From NCBI GenBank assembly GCA_017509155.1, contig JAFWQE010000024.1:55250-119249 (forward strand): a stretch of DNA of 64,000 bases, read 5' to 3'. The position numbers and the translations under genes are program-made. Below the pieces are notes generated by a model that saw only the letters and a program-made list of their open reading frames with translations, made no database searches and was not told the DNA's origin. Below are positions 9,625-17,286 of the stretch, piece after piece. This DNA is from Prevotella sp. Lineage in GTDB: Bacteria; Bacteroidota; Bacteroidia; Bacteroidales; Bacteroidaceae. The stretch's first letter is position 1. The number at the start of each line of letters is the position of its first letter.

Positions 9625-9784
9625 CTTTGTGACATGTGATTTTGTGACATTAAGCCCCTCGAGAAAGTGCAGAATGGTATAAAATAAGGATTATTATTAT
9701 ATTATAATATAATAATAAAATTCTACTCCGACTTTTTCGCATATCATGAACCCCCTTAATGTCACAAAATCACAAGTCACAAAG
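9625..9784. repeat. 160-bp symmetric palindromic element (30-bp terminal IR plus central 28-bp AT palindrome)
   Basis: 9625-9654 and 9755-9784 are inverted repeats with 1 mismatch; 9691-9718 is a perfect palindrome on the same axis. Confidence 0.9.
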
Positions 9785-9919
9785 TAACAAAAGAAGTCGA
9801 TCAATGCATCGTTGACCGTCAACGAAATCCGACTGACCCGGTCTTGCTGGTGTTATTTTTGCAATAACGCGACTTTTTTTGCAAAACAGCGGGAAATGTG
9901 CGATTAAAGGGCCTCGCGA

Positions 9920-9951
9920 TTTGGTCATCTCGAATACTTTTGCTACCTTTG
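9920..9951 (+). promoter_or_regulatory. sigma-A promoter for GH36 gene
   Basis: TTTG (9920-9923), 20-nt spacer, TACCTTTG (9944-9951). Confidence 0.7.
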
Positions 9952-10000
9952 TAAGCGTAAATCCTTCAGATGTCATCAATAAACATTTAATACTCAATCA

Positions 10001-12199
10001 ATGAAAAAAACAATCTTCATCGCGGCCATTATGGCCTTGTCAGGTGTTTCGCCGGTCGTGGCTTGGCAGGGAAACATCATCGTGAACACACCCCACAACT
10101 CGCTTGTGCTGAACGCTGACGAGGGCGGAGCCTTGCATTTCGATTATTTCGGCCAGCGGCTCACCGACGCAGAGGCGTCGCAGCTGCGCACCACGGGTCT
10201 GGCCTTGAACCAGTGGGCCTATCCCGCTTTCGGACAAGACGACATGATGGACCTGGCCGCCATTCAGGTGCTCCATGCCGACGGACAGTGGACACTCTAC
10301 CCAACGGTGGACGACGTGACGACCAAGCCCGACGGACACGCCACCCTCACCACCATCACGATGACCGACAAGAAGTATCCCGTCACGGTGAAGGTGTTCT
10401 ACAAAGCCTACTCGACTGTCGACATGATTGAGACCTGGACCGAGATTTCGCATCGCGAGAAAAAGGCCGTCACCCTGAAACGCTATGACTCGGGCCATCT
10501 GGCCATCCCCCAGGGCAACCTCTACATGGTGCACATGCACGGCAACTGGAGCGCAGAGACCACGCCAACCGTGGAGCCCATCAATCCGGGACTGAAGGTG
10601 GTGCGCAACAGCGATGGTGTGCGCAATGCCCACAACGATGCGCCCGAGATGATGATCGCAATGGATGGTAAGCCGCAAGAGAACAGCGGCCGCGTCATTG
10701 GAGCCGCCCTCTGCTGGAGCGGAAACTACGAGCTGCGCGTGAACAACTCGGGCGACAACCGCTACGCCCACTTCTATGCCGGCATTGACCCGCAGACCAC
10801 CGAATACATTCTGGAACCGCGAGAGATATTCACAACGCCCGTGATGGCCTTCACCCTTTCGGACGAAGGCATGGGAGGCGTCAGCCGCAACTTCCACCGG
10901 TGGGCACGCAACGAGGGATGGCTCAACCAAGGCAATGAGGCAAGAAAGATATTGCTGAACTCGTGGGAAGGCGTCGTCTTCAATGTCAACGAGGAAGGCA
11001 TGTTCAACATGATGGACGACATCAAGGAGATGGGGGGCGAGCTCTTCGTGATGGACGACGGATGGTTTGGCGATAAATACCAGCGCAACAACGACTCGTC
11101 GACACTCGGCGACTGGATGGTGGACCGGAAGAAACTGCCCAACGGCGTCGGCACGCTGGTGAAGAAGGCCAAGAGCCTCGGCATCGAGTTCGGTATATGG
11201 ATTGAGCCCGAGAGCGTGAACACGCTGAGCGAGCTCTATGAGAAGCATCCCGACTGGGTGTTGCAGGAAAAGAACAGAGACCTGAAGCTTGGACGCGGCG
11301 GCACGCAGCTGCTGCTCGACATGTGCAACCCCAAGGTGCAGGACTTCGTCTTCCATGTCGTCGACGACCTGATGACCGAGAATCCCGACATCTATTACAT
11401 GAAGTGGGACGCGAACTGCTCGCTCCAGAACTTCGGCTCCAGCTACCTGCCGGCCAACAAGCAGAGCCACCTCTACATAGAATACCACCGCGGGCTCATC
11501 AAGACCCTGCAACGCATCCGCGCGAAATATCCCAAGCTGGTCATTCAGGACTGCTCGAGCGGCGGTGGACGCGTGAACTACGGGCTGCTGCCTTACTTCG
11601 AGGAATTCTGGACGAGCGACAACAACGACCCCTATCAGCGCATCTTCATCCAGTGGGGCACCAGCTATTTCTTCCCCTCCAACGCCATGGGCCAGCACAT
11701 TGCGCATTCGCCCTATTGGAACACGGGTCGCACCACGCCCATCAAGTTCCGCACCGATGTGGCCATGTCAGGTCGTCTGGGCATTGAGCTCCAGCCCCGC
11801 AACATGACCGACGAGGAGCGCGAGCAGTGCCGGCGCGCCATTGCCGACTACAAGCCTCTGCGCGACGTCATTCAGCTGGGCAATCTCTATCGACTCATCT
11901 CGCCCTACGACAACCAGGGCATCGCATCGCTCATGTACACCAACGACGCGAAGACCAAGGCCGTGCTCTTCACCCATCGCATTCAGTACCTATTTAATAT
12001 AAAGACGCCTCGCGTGCGGTTGGCTGGCCTCGATGCCTCCAGGAACTATCGCCTGCGCGAGCTCAACGTGAAGGTGGGAAGCGAGCCGTCGGCGCTCAAT
12101 GGCAAGGTCATCAGCGGCCGGTTGCTCATGGAGCAAGGACTCTACCTGCCGCTGGAAAAAGACTACAACAGCTGCGTCTACGAGCTGACCGCCGAGTGA
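10001..12199 (+). CDS. Alpha-galactosidase, GH36
   Basis: Signal peptide; LNSWEG, FVMDDGWFG, FGIWIEPE, YMKWDAN, CSSGGGR, WTSDN motifs. Confidence 0.95.
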   Translation: MKKTIFIAAIMALSGVSPVVAWQGNIIVNTPHNSLVLNADEGGALHFDYFGQRLTDAEASQLRTTGLALNQWAYPAFGQDDMMDLAAIQVLHADGQWTLYPTVDDVTTKPDGHATLTTITMTDKKYPVTVKVFYKAYSTVDMIETWTEISHREKKAVTLKRYDSGHLAIPQGNLYMVHMHGNWSAETTPTVEPINPGLKVVRNSDGVRNAHNDAPEMMIAMDGKPQENSGRVIGAALCWSGNYELRVNNSGDNRYAHFYAGIDPQTTEYILEPREIFTTPVMAFTLSDEGMGGVSRNFHRWARNEGWLNQGNEARKILLNSWEGVVFNVNEEGMFNMMDDIKEMGGELFVMDDGWFGDKYQRNNDSSTLGDWMVDRKKLPNGVGTLVKKAKSLGIEFGIWIEPESVNTLSELYEKHPDWVLQEKNRDLKLGRGGTQLLLDMCNPKVQDFVFHVVDDLMTENPDIYYMKWDANCSLQNFGSSYLPANKQSHLYIEYHRGLIKTLQRIRAKYPKLVIQDCSSGGGRVNYGLLPYFEEFWTSDNNDPYQRIFIQWGTSYFFPSNAMGQHIAHSPYWNTGRTTPIKFRTDVAMSGRLGIELQPRNMTDEEREQCRRAIADYKPLRDVIQLGNLYRLISPYDNQGIASLMYTNDAKTKAVLFTHRIQYLFNIKTPRVRLAGLDASRNYRLRELNVKVGSEPSALNGKVISGRLLMEQGLYLPLEKDYNSCVYELTAE

Positions 12200-12200
12200 T

Positions 12201-12510
12201 GTTTGGGGGTTTGGGCGTTTGGTCGTTTAGTCGTTTGGTTGTTTGGGAGTTTAGGAGTTTGGGAGTTTAGGAGTTTGGGAGTTTGGACGATACTCTTAGC
12301 GCCCAAAAATGTGGAGCTGATAGAACTATCGTCCAAACTCCTAAACTCCCAGACTCCCAAACTCCTATTTCCCTTAATTCCCAATCTCCCAATCTCCCAA
12401 ACGACTAAACGACCAATCTCCCAAACGACTAAACGACCAATCTCCCAAACGACTAAACGACCAATCTTCCAAACGACTAAACGACCAATCTCCCAAACAA
12501 CCAAACGACT
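12201..12510. repeat. Nested octamer inverted repeat plus 5x 24-bp tandem repeat
   Basis: 40-bp arms at 12253-12292 and 12327-12366 (3 mismatches); AATCTCCCAAACGACTAAACGACC-type units at 12391, 12415, 12439, 12463 and 12487. Confidence 0.92.
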
Positions 12511-12666
12511 AAAACAACAATCAAAAGGAAATTCTCCTTCGAAAACATCAAAACAGAACCGTTTTGGTGCAAAAAGTTCTTTTTTTTTAATTATTTTCCG
12601 AAAAAAGCATGCGTTATTGTCAACTTTTTTGTATCTTTGCAACGAGAATCAATAAAGACTATACGC

Positions 12667-13266
12667 ATGGGTTTGGTAAACTGCTATAAAGGAACGCTCC
12701 TCAAGGCTACGGGCATGAGCGAATGGAAGGTGGGCGATGTCGTCGCACCTGGGCTTATGTTCCGGAAAATATGTCGCTTTGGCGGAAAAATCTACATGCA
12801 TTTTCTTGATTCCAAATACATCTGCATACGCGAAGCTTCCGCCGAGGCACCGGGCATGCTGGTGAAGGTTCTCAACTCATGCAACCAGTCGCGCTTTCTT
12901 TTCCGTGGCGGCGAGCCCTTCATCAAGGACTACAAGACGGTCAACTTCGAGAGTCCCGTGGAATACAGCACTTTCCGACTGCCAACGGTTGAGGAAGTGC
13001 GTTTTGTGCTTGCCACGGCCAAGGCCGACGCCCAGCTCGGACAGATGCTGGCCAACCGCGGTCTGAGCCCCAACGAGCCGGCCACCTACTGGACGCGCGG
13101 CATAGGCGGCAATATCCTCGGACGTCGCGTGGAGTTCTACGATTCGGCCACCAGAACCGTGAAGACCGAAAGCGGGAGCAACACCGAGCGCATACGCATC
13201 ACCGTGGCCTATTTCACAAGCCAGAAGGACGCCTATGGCGACCTGGAAAGCGATTACGACTATTGA
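12667..13266 (+). CDS. Hypothetical protein
   Basis: 199-aa ORF with gene-like codon usage, preceded by a -7 box TATCTTTG at 12632-12639. Confidence 0.75.
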   Translation: MGLVNCYKGTLLKATGMSEWKVGDVVAPGLMFRKICRFGGKIYMHFLDSKYICIREASAEAPGMLVKVLNSCNQSRFLFRGGEPFIKDYKTVNFESPVEYSTFRLPTVEEVRFVLATAKADAQLGQMLANRGLSPNEPATYWTRGIGGNILGRRVEFYDSATRTVKTESGSNTERIRITVAYFTSQKDAYGDLESDYDY

Positions 13267-13289
13267 ATCCCTTATTTTTCAAAGACAAA

Positions 13290-13413
13290 GAAACGAATTA
13301 TCCTAATTGCTCTTAATTTCTTTCACGAATTGTTCTTAATGATTTCCTCTACATTGAAAGAGAATTAAAGACAATTAGTGGGCCAATTAGAGTCAATTAG
13401 GGTAATTCGTTTC
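13290..13413 (-). repeat. Solo 124-bp palindromic module 'A' (MITE/REP-like)
   Basis: Terminal IR GAAACGAATTATCCTAATTG / CAATTAGGGTAATTCGTTTC; the reverse complement aligns end to end with the module at 33007-33130. Confidence 0.88.
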
Positions 13414-13431
13414 ATTGTCTCGCCACGTAGC

Positions 13432-16400
13432 TTATTCAGGAATCACTTCCTGCATGTAGATGGCGTCGAGCGCCCATGTCGCCACGCCGTTGGTGCTCAC
13501 CATTTCTATCTCGTCCTGAGCCGACGGAACCTCCGGCGGCAAAACCTTTCTCAGTCGATATCTGGTGTCGTCGTCGCGCCCCAGGGCCTTCAGCAAGTCG
13601 CCCCACGCCTCGCGCGCTTTCTCCGTGTCTCTTTGATGATACGCAGCGTATGCCAGCAAGCGGCTTACGCGGAAGTGGTTGTTTCTTATCTCCGCCGCCT
13701 TGTTCTTGTAGTTGGCAGCATGTTCCAGCCAGGCGTCAGTCCATTCGGGAACATCCACCATCCTCATCATCTCGTTCATCAGCTCAAAGCCTCCCATGAT
13801 GGTCATCAGGTGATTGGTGGTCTGAAGCTTGGGGTCGCACTCGGTGGTGATGATGCCCGTGGCGGGATCGTAGCCCAATGCGAGCGGACCAGTGAACATG
13901 CGGCTGGGCAGGGCGGCGATGCTTTTCATGCCGGCAATTATCTTATCCCTGTAGTGCGTGTCTTGCGTTCGCTCCCATTCCGTCATCCAGTTGCCGGCGT
14001 AGGCCAGCCAGTCGGGACCGATGCGCAGACGTGCAGGTGCCGTGCAGGGATATTTTCCGCGCGGCTCAGCCAGTCTCATCGGGTCGAGCGTGTAGAGCAT
14101 CTGGTCGGCGTCTTTCACGGCGGTCATCAGGTCGCCCGTGCGTTCGTCGGTGGTCAGATAGTAGTAGAAGCGGTTCCACGCCGCCTGACTGATGCGTGCC
14201 TCCTTGGCACCGCATCCCCAGTGGCTCACGTTGTGGCGCGAGCCCAGCATGGCGTTGGGCCCGATGTGATAGACGTCAACCTCCGATGTGTGGCGCGTCA
14301 TGGCCTCGGCCATCTGCCAGATGTCGGCGCGCCCTGTGCGAAGAAAGCTGTACCAGAGCCACATGTTGGAGGCCAGCTCGGTGTTGTCCCAGGCAAAGCC
14401 GCCCACGTCGTAGCGCCATTCATGACGCTCGGCGTCGTAGGCATGCATCACGTCGCCGTAGTTCCAGAACCCGTACCAACGGTGCTGCTCGGTTTGTTTC
14501 TGATAGTAGTCGATGTAGTTGTCGAGCTGCTGTTCCACCCGCTCACGACGGGCATTGCTACGGTCGGGCAGGCTCCACACGCCAAACGCCTCTTTCTCGT
14601 GCAGGTATTCCGGCGTGGGCATCAGCATACTTGTCGCTGACAATTGCCGTGCCTCACGGGCGAAGACGTCTTTTCCGCCATAGCCATCGCCGAAGCTGAA
14701 GGTCAGCTCCGATGTGCGGGCAATGCCGAATGGCGTGCTCATACCCTCCTGAATGTCCTCGTAGGCCGACATCAGTCCGTGCGCCTCATGGTCGTAGTGG
14801 CGCAGGTCCATCGGCTCGGCATCGGGACTCCATAGCCAGGCCGTCATCGTAGCCGTTTCCGTGCGGCAACCTTCGAGCTCGATGGCCGACGGGCAAGACT
14901 GCCAGAAGTCCTTCATCGCCATGGTCACGCCGCCGCTGAGGTCGCCCACGAAGGCCACGCCGTCGCTCCTTTGTCCGCCCATCGTTCCTATCCAGGGGGT
15001 GTCTGCGCAGGCCTTCTTCCTGATGGTGAAACCGTCTGCCGATGGTTGCGACAACCGGTAGCCGTCCCATTGTGCCCACTCGTCAATGAGGGTGCGGTTC
15101 TGCTCGTTGAACGCTTCTCTGGGGGGAATGCGCCTGCCCAGCATCTGCTGTTGTTGAAGCGATAGCTGACCGGCCTGTTGCTCGGCTGGCAGACTCTCGT
15201 CGGGACGTGGTCGCCGTGGGCGTTCGTCGCCGGCATAAAGCTCACGCCTTCCGTCGAGTGGTTGCACGGGTTCGCTCCACACGCCGCCGTCGTTGCACGA
15301 GAAGGCCACGTGGCGGTTGTAGGCCTCGTCGCGCATCGGCACTCCGAGACTGATGCCCATTGAGCGGATGAAGTCTTTCTGGTCGTCGCCGTCGAACACG
15401 AAGCTGTGCACCATGCGCATCTCTTTACTGCCTCTATAGAAGTAGAGTCTCACGGTGAAAGGCAGCCATTGGCGGTTGTCGCCTGCGTGGTGGCCCTCCA
15501 AGCGTACCACGGCGCGCTCCTTGCCCGCATGCTCTACGACGGCCTTCTCAACGCGGCTCTCATAGTGTTTCATCGTCAGTTGTCCGTCCTCAGGACTCTC
15601 GGCCTTGTCTTGGGTGGACGCTACCAGCCGCAAGCCTTCGCCCACGCGTCGTCCGCCATAGACAACCGAGTCGACGAGGTTGCTGCCGCCCGTCGACAGA
15701 TAGGCCGCAATGGCTCCGGTCTGAATGCAAATTCTACCGTCTCTTTGTTCTGCCCTGATTTCGTTCAAGGCGTCTTTCCCTCCCTTCGTCCGAGCCGAAG
15801 AGCGTTTCCCTTTTGCACTTGCTTTCCCGTTGATGTGGCTGGCAGAGGAGACAACGCTCATCCCTTCAGCCCCTGCTGGCACCACCGTTGCCACACCCAT
15901 CCATTTCACCGAACCGTCGGGCCAGTAGGCCAGTGGCCAGAAGTCTGCATTGCCCTGAAGCGTTTCTTTGTTGTCTTTCGACAAGAATCTGAAGCTCAGT
16001 TCTTTCCCGCTTTTCACTTCACCTTTGCTAAAAGGAACGCCAAAGCTTACGGACTTGTCTGTTTCGGGCTGCTCACCCACCCAATGCAGGGGCACGCAGG
16101 CCGTTTCTTCCTTCGTCTGTTCCACCCTGAAATGAGTGATGCGCGTGTGCGACCATGTGGTGCGGAATCCAAACCATCCCTCCGTGAGTGGCGATGCGTC
16201 GCGGAAGTCCACCAGTCGTTCGCCGTCAATCTCGTAGCTCACCCTGTTATGCTCGTTCACAATCCTGATGTGGTACCAGTGGTTGGGCTTCAGCAGGTGG
16301 TCCTTGTCGGTATACTCTTTCAGTATGGCCGGTCGGTATTGGCCGTCGTCAATGCCGCGCTCGTCGCCGTCGTATCGGCGAAAACGTGTCGTCGTGTTGC

Positions 16401-16833
16401 TATTGCCGCCGTAGCCCAGGTAGTAGGTCTTCAGGCTGTAGCAACGGGTGAACACCCCTTGTCGCCAGCTGGCTCGCTTGAAGATGTCGTCGGGATGCTT
16501 GTTGTCGGTCGCCATCCAGAAGCAGTTCAGGTCGCTCAGCCGGTCGCCGTCGTTGCCTTTGTCCACCACGCAGGCATCATATTCCACCACGATTCTTCGT
16601 CCCCGTTTCATCTTCTCCTTGCGCCAAAGTGTCAGACCTTTGGGTGCAACGATGTCGGCGGTGTCGCCGCTGAAACTGACTTTGTAGTCGGCCGACTCCG
16701 ATTCCACCGTCCAGTATTTCCTGAATTCCCGTTCGTTCAGTCCCGATTTTTCCACGTCAGACATCGTCTGTGCCATAGCCCCTTGTAGCGTGCATACGGC
16801 CATCAGACAAACGATAGCGATGATTCTTTTCAT
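13432..16833 (-). CDS. DUF6250-like domain fused to exo-rhamnogalacturonan lyase (PL26/YetA-like)
   Basis: N-terminal SDLNCFWMA..GYGGNSNTTTRFRRY domain; then SFGVPF, WPLAYWPDGSVKW, WYGFWNYGDVMH, GGFAWDNTE, GSRHNVSHWGCGAKEAR. Confidence 0.8.
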   Translation of the reverse strand: MKRIIAIVCLMAVCTLQGAMAQTMSDVEKSGLNEREFRKYWTVESESADYKVSFSGDTADIVAPKGLTLWRKEKMKRGRRIVVEYDACVVDKGNDGDRLSDLNCFWMATDNKHPDDIFKRASWRQGVFTRCYSLKTYYLGYGGNSNTTTRFRRYDGDERGIDDGQYRPAILKEYTDKDHLLKPNHWYHIRIVNEHNRVSYEIDGERLVDFRDASPLTEGWFGFRTTWSHTRITHFRVEQTKEETACVPLHWVGEQPETDKSVSFGVPFSKGEVKSGKELSFRFLSKDNKETLQGNADFWPLAYWPDGSVKWMGVATVVPAGAEGMSVVSSASHINGKASAKGKRSSARTKGGKDALNEIRAEQRDGRICIQTGAIAAYLSTGGSNLVDSVVYGGRRVGEGLRLVASTQDKAESPEDGQLTMKHYESRVEKAVVEHAGKERAVVRLEGHHAGDNRQWLPFTVRLYFYRGSKEMRMVHSFVFDGDDQKDFIRSMGISLGVPMRDEAYNRHVAFSCNDGGVWSEPVQPLDGRRELYAGDERPRRPRPDESLPAEQQAGQLSLQQQQMLGRRIPPREAFNEQNRTLIDEWAQWDGYRLSQPSADGFTIRKKACADTPWIGTMGGQRSDGVAFVGDLSGGVTMAMKDFWQSCPSAIELEGCRTETATMTAWLWSPDAEPMDLRHYDHEAHGLMSAYEDIQEGMSTPFGIARTSELTFSFGDGYGGKDVFAREARQLSATSMLMPTPEYLHEKEAFGVWSLPDRSNARRERVEQQLDNYIDYYQKQTEQHRWYGFWNYGDVMHAYDAERHEWRYDVGGFAWDNTELASNMWLWYSFLRTGRADIWQMAEAMTRHTSEVDVYHIGPNAMLGSRHNVSHWGCGAKEARISQAAWNRFYYYLTTDERTGDLMTAVKDADQMLYTLDPMRLAEPRGKYPCTAPARLRIGPDWLAYAGNWMTEWERTQDTHYRDKIIAGMKSIAALPSRMFTGPLALGYDPATGIITTECDPKLQTTNHLMTIMGGFELMNEMMRMVDVPEWTDAWLEHAANYKNKAAEIRNNHFRVSRLLAYAAYHQRDTEKAREAWGDLLKALGRDDDTRYRLRKVLPPEVPSAQDEIEMVSTNGVATWALDAIYMQEVIPE

Positions 16834-16867
16834 ATTGCTTAGTAGGCTTTTCGATTTGTTTCGCTGA

Positions 16868-16952
16868 CAAAGGTACGAATAAGCGAGTAAAATGCGAAGA
16901 AAAACAGGAAGAATTCATGTCTTTCTTCGCATTTTCGAGCGGAAGTACCTTT
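16868..16952. repeat. Hairpin element containing the PL26 -7 promoter box
   Basis: AAAGGTAC/GTACCTTT outer arms and AAAATGCGAAGAAA/TTTCTTCGCATTTT inner arms; TACCTTTG on the minus strand at 16868-16875. Confidence 0.75.
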
Positions 16953-17001
16953 CAAAAATGACGAACAAGCGAGCCAAACATGGTGAAAAACAGGACGCAA
17001 A

Positions 17002-17133
17002 TTGCCGTTTTGATGAAACCATTCCATTGAAATCGTTGAACGAATCCATTGATTTCGTTCAACAATTCCAATGGTTTTGTTGAACAATTCCATTGGATTT
17101 GTTTCACTTTTCTGACGTTTTTTCCGCGCAATT
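17002..17133. repeat. Degenerate 22-bp-period array (6 units)
   Basis: Units start at 17002, 17024, 17046, 17068, 17090 and 17112; core CCA(T/A)TG...GTT(G/C)AAC. Confidence 0.85.
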
Positions 17134-17217
17134 TTGTCGTCTTGAACTCGCTAATTCGCCAAAATCCCCGAATGTTTATGATAAAAGGGATGAGAGGGTA
17201 GAGCGGAAAGAGAGATG

Positions 17218-17267
17218 AAAAAAGTGGAGCAGACCTTGGGGAATGAGTCCCTTGGGTCTGCTCCACT
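17218..17267 (-). terminator. Intrinsic terminator of clpB
   Basis: 13-bp perfect stem AGTGGAGCAGACC/GGTCTGCTCCACT followed by a T-run on the minus strand. Confidence 0.8.
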
Positions 17268-17286
17268 GATGTTCTACCGATGCTGC

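Noticed and set aside
12178-12655. ORFs 12178..12642 (-) and 12203..12655 (+) with repeated peptides
   Set aside because: Translations of the octamer/24-bp repeat; the 8-nt base period and lack of start context argue against coding.
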